From assembly GCA_016220165.1 (NCBI GenBank), contig JACRIE010000022.1, positions 5,456 to 69,455 on the forward strand: a stretch of DNA of 64,000 nt, given 5' to 3'. Positions 9,832-20,777 of the stretch are shown here, piece by piece. The stretch's first letter is position 1. Every line of letters begins with the position of its first letter. Source of the DNA: Candidatus Peregrinibacteria bacterium. GTDB lineage: Bacteria > Patescibacteriota > Gracilibacteria > UM-FILTER-43-11 > JACRIE01. The notes beneath the pieces were generated by a model. The model saw only the letters and a list, made by a program, of their open reading frames with translations, did no database searches and was not told the DNA's origin. The position numbers and the translations under genes are program-made.

Positions 9832-9867
9832 AAAACGTGCCCTTTAAGATTTATCCACATTATACAT

Positions 9868-11174
9868 CACTAGTGTCCCGTTAACTTTCAGCGCGGAAAG
9901 TCTTTTGGATCTGGATTAAAAAGAAAAAGGGTTTCAGGATGGTTGTGTCAACGCCCAAACCATTAGCCCCTTTTCCCTATGGCCAATTCTACCATAACCG
10001 TCCTTCAGCAGCTTCTCCATTTATTACCCAGAAATGATTTCGAGTCGTTTGTGGGACAGCATGAAGCGGATAAATACACCAAAAAATTAAGCTGCTGGAA
10101 CCAGCTCACCATTCTGCTTTATGCCCAGGCCACGGAGAAGGACAGCCTGCGCGAAATCGAGACCGGCCTGCTCGTCCAAAACGAGAGGTGGTATCACCTG
10201 GGCCTTCAGACCTGCGCCCGTTCCACGCTGGCCAGGGCGAACGGGAAACGCCACTGGTCCATTTACGAGTCCCTGTTCTACAAACTGTCGGAGCGGTGCG
10301 GGAATCTGGGTTCCGGGACGGCATCGTTTACCTTCCGGAATGACCTGTACGCCGTCGATTCCACCACCATCGACCTGTGCCTTTCCCTTTTCCCCTGGGC
10401 CAGGTTCCGCAGGGAGAAGGGGGCCATCAAACTGCATACCCTGCCCAATGTCCGCAGCCAGATCCCGGAGCTGATTCTGATGACCGACGGCAAAGTGTCC
10501 GATATCGGAGCCATACGGGCCATCGACTTCACCGCATACCCCAGAGGCAGCATTTTCGTTTTTGACCGGGGTTACAATGATTACGGCTTTCTGGGGAAGA
10601 TCAGGGAGGCGGGGCACCACTTTGTAATCCGGCTCAAGGATAATGCCTGTATCGTTCATCTGGGACAGCATAAAAAAATTCCGGGGAAGGGGCGCTGAAA
10701 GACGAGAGGGCGGCGTTTATCCTCGAAAAGGCCCGGGCCGACTATCCCGATGACCTGCGTCTCGTCACCTTCCACGACGGTGAGGGCGATGTCACCTATG
10801 AATTCCTGACCGGCCATTTTCAGTTTTCGGCCGCCAATATCGCCCGGATCTACAGAAAACGATGGACCATCGAGCTGTTTTTCAGGTGGATCAGGCAGCA
10901 CCTGAAGATAAAAACCTTCCTCGGCACGTCGAAAAACGCCGTCCTGACGCAGATATGGATCGCCATGATTTATTACCTGCTTCTGGCGTGGATAAAGCAC
11001 CAGACGCGTTTCCCGGGCTCGCTGCATACCCTGACGGTCATGATCAAAGAGCTGATTCTGCAGGCCGTTCAGATCATCGAGATACTCCGCCTGAGCCCGA
11101 AAACCGTCTTAAAAGCCCTTTCCGGAGGAGATCCCCAGCTATCGTTATTCTGAAAAGTTAACGGGACAGTAGTG
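9868..11174 (+). mobile_element. IS4-family insertion sequence with terminal IRs and 9-bp target duplication
   Basis: IRL cactagtgtcccgttaacttt; IRR reverse complement cactactgtcccgttaacttt; ATTATACAT at 9859-9867 and 11175-11183. Confidence 0.95.
9979..11153 (+). pseudogene. IS4 DDE transposase split by a frameshift near 10690
   Basis: DSTT and DRGY in frame 1; YRKRWTIELFF (YREK-type signature) continues in another frame; one extra G in the run at 10689-10692 would restore a single ORF. Confidence 0.88.
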
Positions 11175-11313
11175 ATTATACATAAAACAAATTCCGTAAA
11201 AAGCGCTCTCTGTGCTAAGATATATTAAATAATTTCAAATAAAATAATACTGAACTCGAATAAAATTCTGATTTTATGAGTAGTTCAGTATCAAATAAAA
11301 TAATAGAAAAAAT

Positions 11314-13344
11314 ATGAAGAAAAAAATAAAAAAGAATATAAAAAAGAACATCGGAAAAATAGTAAAAATCGTCTCCCGCGATCAAACCGACGTCCTTTTG
11401 AACGAACAAAAATGGTACAAGCCTTTAAAAACAATTGTGAAGCAGGCGAAAATTCAGGATCTGGAAAAAATGAGAAAGGAAGCCGCGCGCAATCCACTTA
11501 AATTCTGGGAAAACGCGGCAAAAGAATTAGCATGGATGGAGCCATGGAAAAAAGTGCTGGAAGAGAAAAAAGCGCCGTTTTACCAATGGTTCGTGGGTGG
11601 AAAATGTAACATCGTGGAGAACGCGCTTGACCGACATATTGGCACGCCCATTGAACGAAAAAACGCGATCCTATGGGAAGGAAATTCAGGAAAATCCAAA
11701 AGGTTTACCTATGGACAGCTCTATCGTGCCGTCAATCGGATGGCCAACGGCCTCAAGCACCTGGGGGTTGTCAAAGGCGATCGCGTCGTGATCTATTTGC
11801 AGAACATTCCGGAGACCGCGATCAGTATGCTGGCCGCAGCGAAGATCGGCGCCGTGCATTCCGTGGTGTACGGCGGTTTTTCCGCGCATGCCCTCAAAAC
11901 GCGTGTTGAAGACGCGGAGGCAAAAGTCGTGGTCACCTCGGATATCGGATATCGCCGGGACAAAACCATCGATATGAAATCGATCGTCGATGAAGTGTTG
12001 CAGGGATGTAAATGCGTACAAAAAGTGATCGTGGTGAAACAAAATAATGAACCAACACCCACGGCAAAAAAACGCGGTAGTCGTAGGGACACGCCACGGC
12101 GCGTCTTCCCCGAAACCCATATGGAACCGCATCGCGACGTCTTTTACAACCATTTGATCGCGCACGAATCCGAAGAATGTCCGACAGAAAGAATGGATGC
12201 GGAAGACCCATTGTTTATTTTGTACACCTCGGGTACCACGGGGACTCCAAAAGGCGTTGTCCACGTGCACGGCGGCTACATGGTGGGCATCCATAAAACA
12301 TTTCAAACTGTTTTTGATATCCAATCAAAGGATACCTTCTGGTGCACCGCAGATCCCGGATGGATCACGGGCCACAGTTATACCGTGTACGCGCCGCTCA
12401 TGGCCGGCATCACCACAATCCTGTTTGAGGGTGTGCAGGACTATCCGAAGCCCGATCGCCTCTGGAACATGGTGGAAAAATACAACGTAACCATTTTCTA
12501 CACAGCGCCCACGTTGATCCGGGCGCTCATGCGCTACGGAGATCAATGGCCTAAAAAACACAATCTCAACTCTTTGCGCCTCCTCGGTTCCGTGGGCGAA
12601 CCCATCAATCCAGAAGCATGGCGCTGGTACTACACAGTAATCGGCCAAAAAAAGTGTCCTATTATGGACACATGGTGGCAGACGGAAACCGGTATGTTTA
12701 TGATCACGCCTTTTGTTACCATGTCGCTCAAAGCCAGTTCTGCCACCAAACCTTTTCCCGGAATTCAGGCCGAAGTCGTGGATGCACAAGGCAAAAAGGT
12801 AGCTCCTGGAAAAGGCGGATATTTGGTTATCAAAAATCCATGGCCTGCCATGCTTCGGACCATTTATAAAAATCCAAAACGCTATTTAGAGACCTATTGG
12901 AAAAAAATTCCCGGCTGGTACCTAACCGGCGACATGGCCCACAAAGACAAGGACGGCTATTTTTGGATTCAGGGACGTTCTGACGACGTGCTCAAAATCG
13001 CGGGACACCGCATCGGCAGCGTCGAGGTGGAAAGCGCGCTCGTATCGCATCCATCCGTGGCCGAAGCCGGCGTCATCGGAAAACCCGATCCCGTCAAAGG
13101 CGAAACTATCAAGGCATTCGTGGTATTAAAAAAAGGCGTCTCCATCGGAGCGCGTCATGGCGAAGAGTTGAAAGAAAAATTAAAAAATCATGTTCGCCAT
13201 GAAATCGGTCCGATTGCGGTCATGGAAGAAATCGAATACATCGACCAGCTTCCAAAAACACGAAGCGGGAAAATCATGAGGCGCGTGCTCCGCGCGCGCG
13301 AACTCGGCCAAGACGCCGGAGACGTAAGCACACTGGCGGATTGA
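11314..13344 (+). CDS. acs: Acetate--CoA ligase (acetyl-CoA synthetase)
   Basis: YTSGTTGTPKG, DTWWQTETG, GRSDD, PKTRSGKIMRR. Confidence 0.95.
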   Translation: MKKKIKKNIKKNIGKIVKIVSRDQTDVLLNEQKWYKPLKTIVKQAKIQDLEKMRKEAARNPLKFWENAAKELAWMEPWKKVLEEKKAPFYQWFVGGKCNIVENALDRHIGTPIERKNAILWEGNSGKSKRFTYGQLYRAVNRMANGLKHLGVVKGDRVVIYLQNIPETAISMLAAAKIGAVHSVVYGGFSAHALKTRVEDAEAKVVVTSDIGYRRDKTIDMKSIVDEVLQGCKCVQKVIVVKQNNEPTPTAKKRGSRRDTPRRVFPETHMEPHRDVFYNHLIAHESEECPTERMDAEDPLFILYTSGTTGTPKGVVHVHGGYMVGIHKTFQTVFDIQSKDTFWCTADPGWITGHSYTVYAPLMAGITTILFEGVQDYPKPDRLWNMVEKYNVTIFYTAPTLIRALMRYGDQWPKKHNLNSLRLLGSVGEPINPEAWRWYYTVIGQKKCPIMDTWWQTETGMFMITPFVTMSLKASSATKPFPGIQAEVVDAQGKKVAPGKGGYLVIKNPWPAMLRTIYKNPKRYLETYWKKIPGWYLTGDMAHKDKDGYFWIQGRSDDVLKIAGHRIGSVEVESALVSHPSVAEAGVIGKPDPVKGETIKAFVVLKKGVSIGARHGEELKEKLKNHVRHEIGPIAVMEEIEYIDQLPKTRSGKIMRRVLRARELGQDAGDVSTLAD

Positions 13345-13366
13345 TCCTCTTGTCAGGTGTCAGATG

Positions 13367-15079
13367 TTATCTTTGCACCACGGTAATCTCTTTTGGATCC
13401 GATTGAATCGCGTTTTTGTTGCGGTCACGGATACCCTTCATTGAAATCCTATATTGCTCTAAGGGTTGGCTTGTGATACCGGAAAGGCTAAGACGCGTGA
13501 CTGCCTGATCCGTTGAAACGCTTTCGATTTTTACCGTGTCTGTCGTGGGACTGATCGCGTTTATGTCCTGGATCGTGTAATTCGCGGGATTATTCACGCT
13601 CACGTCATCCATCGGTTCGCTCCATAAAAGACTAATCTGACTCAGGGTGTCGAACTTTTGTTCCAGAACGTAAGGAGGGGTAGTATCCGGCTGAACATGT
13701 AGCGTCAGATCGGTATCGCCCAGCAAAGAACCGCGCCAAAAAGCTTTGTCCTCGCGCGCGTCGAAGATATCGCTCTCCAGCATCGAGTCGCGGGGGCCCG
13801 TGATAGCCACGAGATAATTCGTGCGATCCGCGGATTGTTTGGTCAGACGCAATCGATAATCGCTGCCTGAAAAAAGATTCCTCGGCAGCGTGTAATCATA
13901 CGTCCACTCCGCGCTGGGTTTTTCATCCGTGAGTTGCACAACCGTGCCGATCATTTGAAATTGAGAAGTGAGTTCAATTTTGCTTCCATCCGGCATATAA
14001 GAAATCGTGTATCCAACCGGTAAAATCACGCGCAAATAGCCGCGGTAAGGATCACTGTAACTGTTGAGCTTTCCCGGAAAATTGAGTTCCACTTTCAAGT
14101 GCGCGGTCGGAACGGGCGTGCTGAGATCAACATAATATTCCGCGTTTTTAAGTAAATAACGATCCGCTTTTTTGCTACCAAGATTCGCGAGATTGAGTCC
14201 CAAAAAATCGCTTCCCATACTCTGAAGGCGCGATTCCGTAATCGCGCCGGGATACGTCAGCGCGTTCCCCCATCCGCGCGCGATAACCTTCGCTTCCAAC
14301 GCGGGCTTTTTGAACCAAAAATAAAGATCTTTTTGGTCTATGGCGCTGGATAAAACATTGCGAGTGCGAAAAGGACTCCAAAACATTTTAGAAGTCAGGC
14401 TTTGAGCGAGTTCTTTTAAAACATCCTTTCGACTCGCGAGCGCGGCAAGGTTGTGGCGATCGACATTCCCGACCTGAAATTCAAGAAAAGAAAACAGGTT
14501 CTTTGAATCAACGGATTGATTTTTAATCGACACCGAGCCCAATTCTTTAAGTAAGTCTTCAATCACCTTGAAATTCATCACGACGACGCCATCAATGTCG
14601 CTCGAAGGGAATTTCTTTTGATAAAAATCAACAATCGTTTTCGCCGCGTCAGGAAAATTGGGATCCCAATTCGCGTCGCGAAAAGTATATCCCTGATACC
14701 ATTCGTTTTTTAGAAGTTCCTCTTGGGGATAGGGCGGTGTGACGTAAGAAGACGTGTCCACTTCATAGGAATTATGGAACGAAAACGACGTAGGAATCCC
14801 AAAAAGCAGATTCAGATTCGCGTACGCAGTCACAAATCCGCCTCCGGGTCGCAGTTCGTCATTATTCTGGAACACAATAAGATATTCTTTGTAGCCGAAC
14901 GCTGAATCCCAAAAATGATTAACAAAAAAACGAAACCGCTCTAAAAAAACATAAAACCCAAGCAATAAAAAAACGAGAACGCTTCCTAAAATTATTAAAA
15001 AAGGCCAACGCCGGGAAGGGGGTCTTGGTATGAGGAGCGACCGTCTTGTAGCGGCAAATTTTTCCAATGAATATTTCAA
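13367..15079 (-). CDS. DUF4012-like membrane-anchored protein with C-terminal Ig-like domain
   Basis: N-terminal TM; YLIVFQNNDELRPGGGF and RDANWDPNFP motifs; DTTPP...WSEPMD Ig-like tail. Confidence 0.7.
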   Translation of the reverse strand: MKYSLEKFAATRRSLLIPRPPSRRWPFLIILGSVLVFLLLGFYVFLERFRFFVNHFWDSAFGYKEYLIVFQNNDELRPGGGFVTAYANLNLLFGIPTSFSFHNSYEVDTSSYVTPPYPQEELLKNEWYQGYTFRDANWDPNFPDAAKTIVDFYQKKFPSSDIDGVVVMNFKVIEDLLKELGSVSIKNQSVDSKNLFSFLEFQVGNVDRHNLAALASRKDVLKELAQSLTSKMFWSPFRTRNVLSSAIDQKDLYFWFKKPALEAKVIARGWGNALTYPGAITESRLQSMGSDFLGLNLANLGSKKADRYLLKNAEYYVDLSTPVPTAHLKVELNFPGKLNSYSDPYRGYLRVILPVGYTISYMPDGSKIELTSQFQMIGTVVQLTDEKPSAEWTYDYTLPRNLFSGSDYRLRLTKQSADRTNYLVAITGPRDSMLESDIFDAREDKAFWRGSLLGDTDLTLHVQPDTTPPYVLEQKFDTLSQISLLWSEPMDDVSVNNPANYTIQDINAISPTTDTVKIESVSTDQAVTRLSLSGITSQPLEQYRISMKGIRDRNKNAIQSDPKEITVVQR

Positions 15080-15123
15080 TTAAAATCCATATAATGATAG
15101 TTGAAAATTAATCTTGAGCAAGC

Positions 15124-15705
15124 ATGAACATCGTTGACCTGATCAAGACACGCCGCAGTGTCCGAAATTATCAACAAAAACCTGTTCCAAAAGCGCTTTT
15201 TCAGCAAGTTCTGGAAGCGGGTATTTGGGCGCCGTCAAGCCGCAATCAACAGCCCTGGCGCTTCATTGCCATGAGCCATCCCGACAAACGGAATGAGCTC
15301 GCGCGCGAGGCTAAAATTCAGCTCGCCGAGTTCCTGGAAACACAAGAAGCCGCGTCCAAATACGGCGCGCCTGCGGTGGAACGCTTCAAAAAACGGGCGA
15401 CGGGCGAAGGAGACACCCTGCTCTACAACGCCCCCGTCATCCTGTTCGTCATACAGACAAAACCGGTCGACAGCGATCTGGATTACGGACTATGCCTCGA
15501 AAACATGATGCTCTGCGCGCACGGCATAGGACTGGGAACCTGTCCCATCGGCCTCGCGATTCCGCTCAATAATTCAAAAACAGCGCGGGAAATACTGAAG
15601 TTAAAAACACCCGAAAAAATCGTCCTGGCATTATCTCTGGGTTTTCCCGATGAGGCGCCGTCACCGACTGAACGTCGTCTGGACGTTATCCAATGGGTAG
15701 AATAA
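15124..15705 (+). CDS. Nitroreductase family protein
   Basis: RRSVRNY, APSSRNQQPW, LGTCPIG. Confidence 0.92.
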   Translation: MNIVDLIKTRRSVRNYQQKPVPKALFQQVLEAGIWAPSSRNQQPWRFIAMSHPDKRNELAREAKIQLAEFLETQEAASKYGAPAVERFKKRATGEGDTLLYNAPVILFVIQTKPVDSDLDYGLCLENMMLCAHGIGLGTCPIGLAIPLNNSKTAREILKLKTPEKIVLALSLGFPDEAPSPTERRLDVIQWVE

Positions 15706-15707
15706 AC

Positions 15708-15743
15708 TACAGAAGGCGATGATCCCTATCTTCGTCTTCTGTA
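15708..15743. repeat. GAAGGCG-type hairpin (REP-like or terminator)
   Basis: tacagaaggcga...tcgtcttctgta; resembles 29321-29358. Confidence 0.65.
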
Positions 15744-15756
15744 AAAAATATAAAAA

Positions 15757-16707
15757 ATGAAAAAAGATTTGAATTCAATGATGTGTAGCCATCGTAGCAC
15801 GATCGCGGTTGTGGGCACCGGCATGGTGGGCTCTTCCTTTGCCTATGCCGCGCTCATCCGCGGGCTCGCCGCCGAAATCATTCTCATCGACGCCTCTGAA
15901 GAACGGGAGCAGGGTGAAGTGATGGATTTGGCGCATGGACTCATCGGAAGTGAAACGGGCAACGTGCGCGGTGGACAGCTTAAAGACTGCCAACAGGCTG
16001 ACATCATCGTCATCACGGCAGGCGCGGCGCAAAAACTGGGAGAAACCCGTCTGGATTTGGTGAATAAAAATGTGGGAGTCCTAAAATCCATTATTAAGGG
16101 TATGGGGGATCTTCGTCCAAGCGCCATTGTCGTTATTGTTTCAAATCCCGTCGACATTTTGACGTACATGGCTCGCAAACTCATCCGACTGCCTGAAAAT
16201 CAAATTATTGGAACTGGAACCTCTTTGGACACGGCTCGCTTCCGCTACCTTATCAGCCGGGAGCTGAACGTCAACTTGCATAACGTCCATGGTTATATTT
16301 TAGGAGAACACGGCGACAGCGAAGTTCCTGCCTGGAGTTTGACCACGGTTGGAGGCGTGAAAGCCACGGAACTGCTTTCCGCCGCGCAACAAAAAAAAAT
16401 TTTTGAAGGCACCAAAAACGCGGCCTATCAAATCATTCAACGCAAGCAGGCCACCTATTACGGCATCGGAATCACGATCGTAGGATTGGTGGAACGCATA
16501 GTCTACGACCAAAAATCAATCGTCCCAGTCTCCGTCAACCCGAAGGGCCTGTACGGCATCCGCGACATCTCCATAGGAATCACGGCCGTTTTGGGCGTTC
16601 AGGGAATCAAAAAGGTATGGGAACTCCCCTTGAGTGTCAGCGAAAAAAAGAAACTCGTTCAATCGGCCGCCGCGCTAAAGGCGATCTTAAAAAAGATCAA
16701 GTTGTAA
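15757..16707 (+). CDS. ldh: L-lactate dehydrogenase
   Basis: GTGMVG, AGAAQKLGETRLDL, NPVD, LDTARF, GEHGDS. Confidence 0.92.
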   Translation: MKKDLNSMMCSHRSTIAVVGTGMVGSSFAYAALIRGLAAEIILIDASEEREQGEVMDLAHGLIGSETGNVRGGQLKDCQQADIIVITAGAAQKLGETRLDLVNKNVGVLKSIIKGMGDLRPSAIVVIVSNPVDILTYMARKLIRLPENQIIGTGTSLDTARFRYLISRELNVNLHNVHGYILGEHGDSEVPAWSLTTVGGVKATELLSAAQQKKIFEGTKNAAYQIIQRKQATYYGIGITIVGLVERIVYDQKSIVPVSVNPKGLYGIRDISIGITAVLGVQGIKKVWELPLSVSEKKKLVQSAAALKAILKKIKL

Positions 16708-16755
16708 AATAATAATTTTATTGTATAATAGCCTACTATTTCTATAGTAAAGGCT

Positions 16756-17766
16756 ATGTCTCCCTCCACCTGCTCACTTTTCCCAGAAAGAACCCCGCTG
16801 CTCTGCCAAAGGCATGCAGTGGCAGAAATAAGCCAGGGGACTTGTGTGCAAGAATGTCGGATAGCTCTTGAAGAAGCCCTAAGAAGAGGATCTGCAGAAG
16901 CTACCGATCCTCAAAATTTTTGGCGGAACGCACACGACGGCCTTATCGAAAAATTAGAAGACAGCCCTCTGAGAGACGCGCTGATTGAAGAAGTGGAAAG
17001 CATACGCCTTGGACTCCTGACGGCGGGAGATCCTGTATGCCAAAGGCTATCTCTAAAATCACACCGCGCAGCGATTCTCGATTTTTCCTATACGGACGCG
17101 CAAAGAGCATTAAAAAACACGGCAAAACTATGCTTTGACAGTGGAAATTATCACCAGGGAATACAATGCATCGCCCGACTTCTCAGTTGCGGCCAACATC
17201 TGATCGCGGACATCGGAACCATGGGGGCGGCAATGAACGGAGCCCATCAGACAAACCGTCATCCCGAGGCGCTTAGGCTGGCAATACATTGCGCTCAAAT
17301 AGAAGAAACGTATACATCGCTGGGAATTGCGGCACAGTCTGCCGCACAACTAAGGCTTGATGGAATTGCCCTGCGCTACGCAGAAAGGCTATTGGAAAAA
17401 AGATTCGAAAAGCCGACCCTTCAACTGGCGGCCCAGGCGGCCCGCCGTCTTAAAAAATGGAAAACGGCATTCCTATTAATCAATCAAGGGCTCTCATATA
17501 AGGATAACTCACGCGGATATCAAAAGCTAATGATTGAAATGCTGCTACATTCCGGCTGGGTTCCGGAGCCAGGACTCGCCCGGCAACTGAGCAGAATAGA
17601 CCTGACGAACATTGTAAACGGTTTAAGATCCGGAATCAACGAATCGGGAATCAATCCGAATTTACTTCTGGTGATCTCAATATTGTATCGAACGCTTGGC
17701 AGAGAAGAGGAGGCGAATCGATTTCAGAAACGACATGAACGTCGTTTCGCCGCCGTGTCGTTATAA
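16756..17766 (+). CDS. Hypothetical helical-repeat (TPR-like) protein
   Basis: 336-aa ORF with Ala-rich amphipathic helical repeats. Confidence 0.5.
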   Translation: MSPSTCSLFPERTPLLCQRHAVAEISQGTCVQECRIALEEALRRGSAEATDPQNFWRNAHDGLIEKLEDSPLRDALIEEVESIRLGLLTAGDPVCQRLSLKSHRAAILDFSYTDAQRALKNTAKLCFDSGNYHQGIQCIARLLSCGQHLIADIGTMGAAMNGAHQTNRHPEALRLAIHCAQIEETYTSLGIAAQSAAQLRLDGIALRYAERLLEKRFEKPTLQLAAQAARRLKKWKTAFLLINQGLSYKDNSRGYQKLMIEMLLHSGWVPEPGLARQLSRIDLTNIVNGLRSGINESGINPNLLLVISILYRTLGREEEANRFQKRHERRFAAVSL

Positions 17767-17828
17767 TATTTCCAGATGAAAAAAACCCATGCGTCTGCTA
17801 GCATAAAAGACGACTTCGCTTTTTTCAT

Positions 17829-20681
17829 ATGTTCAAAAAAACCTTTGTCGTTCTCGACATCGAAACCACCGGCCTCTATCCGGAAAGCGACGACATCATC
17901 GAGGTGGCGTGTATTCGCTATGAGCAGGGAAAGGAAGTCAGCCGTTTCGATTCGCTAATCAAAATCGACAAAGAAATCCCGCCGATTGTCTCTCTCATCA
18001 CAACGATTCAAAACACAGATTTAGTAGACGCGCCCTTGTGGGAAACCGTAAAACTTGAAGTTCAAAAAATCGTACGGGGCGCGCACATCATCGGCCACAA
18101 CATCAATTTTGACGTGGGATTTTTGAAAAAAAAGGGCATCGATTTTGAATCCAGCGTTCTTTTGGACACGGTGCCGTTGGCCCAAATCGCCTTCCCGACC
18201 GCGGTCAGTCACAGTTTAGAGTCTTTGACGGACGAACTCGATATAAAGCACACGGCCAAGCACCGCGCCATGAGCGATACCGAAGCCACGCTCGACCTGT
18301 TTAAAAAAATCTGGAAAAAAATCGACGGTCTTCCGAAGCCGATCATCGATGAAATCAAAGACTGCGTCCGCCGAAGCGAGTGGGGCATGGCAATATTTTT
18401 CGACGAAATCCGCGGGAAAGCGCGGGCGACGTCCGACAAATGTAGCTACAAGGCATGCCTTGTAGCTACCGGAACGTCGGCGCCGCCCCGCGGATTATCC
18501 GTGGCCGAAGTTTTCAACGAAAACGGTTTCCTCTCGCAGGCATGGGACCATTACGAATCGCGGCCTCAGCAAAAACAAATGGCTACAGCGGTCGCGCACG
18601 CCTTCGAACACGAATATCATTTGATTTGCGAAGCGCCCACGGGCGTTGGAAAATCGCTCGCCTATTTAGTGCCGGCCGCTGAAATCGCGCTAAACAAAAA
18701 ACAGCGCGTCGTGATCGCGACCCACACCATTACGCTCCAGCATCAACTCTTTGAGAAGGATCTTCATCATCTGCACCAGATCTATCAACAATCAGCCCCC
18801 ATCACTTCTTGCCCCCCTGAGCCTGCCCTGAGCAGGGTCGAAGGGAAGGGGGGTTTGGGTGGTTTGTCTCCCCTCAACGTCGCAGTGCTCAAGGGGCGCG
18901 GCAACTATTTATGCCTTCAGCGCCTGCGCGAATTCAAAAAAAGGTCTCGTTTCAGTCCGTCCGAGATCACGTTGCTCATCAAAATTCTCGCGTGGCCGTG
19001 GATGAATCTAGGAGGCGATTTGGCGGATATGACCCTCACGCGCGAGGAGCGCATTGTGTGGGATTTTGAACTGTCCGCGGCCAGCAAAGCCATTCATGGC
19101 GGCAAGTGCTGCAAAAATCCGGACTGTTATTTTCAGCAGGCGCTCAAAGCGACGCAGGACGCGCCCATCGTCATTGTAAATCACGCGCTCTTAATGGCGG
19201 ATCTCGTTATGGGCGGAGGACTACTTCCCGAATACAAGTACCTCATCATCGACGAAGCGCACCATTTTGAAGAAGTGGCAACGAAGAGCTACGGAAGAAC
19301 CGTGACTCAGGAAAACCTGACCATTCCGGAAAAATCGATCGTGGCGCATTTGGGACAACTAAAAAGGAATTACTCGGAAACGCTTTTCGGGCAACAATCC
19401 TGTTTTCAGGAAATCGAACCATTGCTCTCCGGGGCAAATGATCTTTTGCAAAAAACAGACAATATCTTTAGCTTAATTTCACTCTTCGTCAACACGCATG
19501 TAATGCCGTCGAAGTATCAGGAAAGCCTTTTGATTGATCGCGCGATCATGACGAGCGGAGAGTGGCTGAATCTCGGAGATTCCGTTCAAAAACTGATTGA
19601 AGCCACTCAGGAGTGGATCCGAAAAATCGAATATTTTTCCGACAAGCTGGCAGGCGCCGCGTCTAAAGATTTTCCGGAATGCGATGAATTCAGCGAAGAA
19701 CTGAATCAGGAAATCGCCATTCTTAAAGAACAATTGGCGCAACTGCATCCGTTCTTTTTGCCAGTGGAAACGCCGCGCGATATTCGCTTTTTTTCGTGTA
19801 ACGACAGCGGCGCCGTCGTTCTCACATCGCTACCGATACTCGTGGGAGAAAATCTTAAAAAGGACCTCTACGCTTCCAAAAAATCGATCCTTCTGACATC
19901 CGCTACTCTTAGTACTCCTTTATTCGCCGATGACGCTCCTGATGTCGCTCAAAAACCGTTCGACTATCTTCGTAAAATGCTAAGTTTAGATGAACACTTC
20001 GAAGAACTGATTCTCGACTCGCCCTTCGACTACGAAAAACAGGCGCTCATGATTCTTCCAACGGATTTACCCGACGTGCGGAGTCAAGACAGTCTCGCGC
20101 CCGTGGCCGAACTCATAAAACAGGTGGCCGAAGCGACACAGGGACGTATGTTGGGACTTTTCACGTCTTATCGCACGATTGAAAATCTTTATCTCAATCT
20201 CGTGATTCCGCTCCAAAAAAAAGGAATCAGTGTCCTTGCGCAACGCTTTAGCGGAGGCCGTAATAAAATTCTGCGCGCGTTTCTGAATAATCCGGAACAT
20301 TCCATTCTTCTCGGCACCAGCAGTTTCTGGGAAGGCATCGACATCCCCGGTGACGACCTCAGTTGCGTCATGATCCATAAACTCCCGTTCGATATTCCGA
20401 GCGACCCGCTGCATAAAACGCGAAGCCAATGGTTCTCCAATGGTTTTTATCAATACACCATGCCGCGCGCGATTCTGCGCTTTAAGCAAGGTTTCGGCCG
20501 TCTCATCCGCTCCAAAAAAGACGTGGGCATCATGATCATGCTGGACAGCGCGCTCACCAAAAAAGATTACGGGCAATTCTTCCTCAAAAGTTTGCCAAAC
20601 GTGCCCGTGGAAAAAATAAAATGCGCCGAAATCCCCGCGTTGATCAAGGAGTGGCTGAAATTACAAAGAAGTGACGAGTGA
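17829..20681 (+). CDS. dinG: DnaQ-type exonuclease / DinG helicase fusion
   Basis: DIETTG, HNINFD, HRAMSD; APTGVGKS, DEAH, SATL, FWEGID, QGFGRLIR. Confidence 0.93.
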   Translation: MFKKTFVVLDIETTGLYPESDDIIEVACIRYEQGKEVSRFDSLIKIDKEIPPIVSLITTIQNTDLVDAPLWETVKLEVQKIVRGAHIIGHNINFDVGFLKKKGIDFESSVLLDTVPLAQIAFPTAVSHSLESLTDELDIKHTAKHRAMSDTEATLDLFKKIWKKIDGLPKPIIDEIKDCVRRSEWGMAIFFDEIRGKARATSDKCSYKACLVATGTSAPPRGLSVAEVFNENGFLSQAWDHYESRPQQKQMATAVAHAFEHEYHLICEAPTGVGKSLAYLVPAAEIALNKKQRVVIATHTITLQHQLFEKDLHHLHQIYQQSAPITSCPPEPALSRVEGKGGLGGLSPLNVAVLKGRGNYLCLQRLREFKKRSRFSPSEITLLIKILAWPWMNLGGDLADMTLTREERIVWDFELSAASKAIHGGKCCKNPDCYFQQALKATQDAPIVIVNHALLMADLVMGGGLLPEYKYLIIDEAHHFEEVATKSYGRTVTQENLTIPEKSIVAHLGQLKRNYSETLFGQQSCFQEIEPLLSGANDLLQKTDNIFSLISLFVNTHVMPSKYQESLLIDRAIMTSGEWLNLGDSVQKLIEATQEWIRKIEYFSDKLAGAASKDFPECDEFSEELNQEIAILKEQLAQLHPFFLPVETPRDIRFFSCNDSGAVVLTSLPILVGENLKKDLYASKKSILLTSATLSTPLFADDAPDVAQKPFDYLRKMLSLDEHFEELILDSPFDYEKQALMILPTDLPDVRSQDSLAPVAELIKQVAEATQGRMLGLFTSYRTIENLYLNLVIPLQKKGISVLAQRFSGGRNKILRAFLNNPEHSILLGTSSFWEGIDIPGDDLSCVMIHKLPFDIPSDPLHKTRSQWFSNGFYQYTMPRAILRFKQGFGRLIRSKKDVGIMIMLDSALTKKDYGQFFLKSLPNVPVEKIKCAEIPALIKEWLKLQRSDE
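18442..18469. repeat. Perfect 28-bp GTAG...CTAC palindrome inside dinG
   Basis: gtagctacaaggcatgccttgtagctac is self-complementary. Confidence 0.9.
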
Positions 20682-20777
20682 CCAGTCACGAGAAAATTTT
20701 CTACTCGTCTCTCGCCTGCCCCGAGCTTAGTCGAGAGGTCACTCGTCACTTACTACTCGTCGCTCGTCCCTCGTCAC
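20671..20777. repeat. Inverted GTGACGA/CTCGTCA heptamer arrays with a nested 25-bp repeat, at the dinG/rarA convergent junction
   Basis: gtgacga gtgacca gtcacga ... ctcgtca ... ctcgtcg ctcgtcc ctcgtca; nested gcctgccccgagcttagtcgagagg at 20714-20738. Confidence 0.8.
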
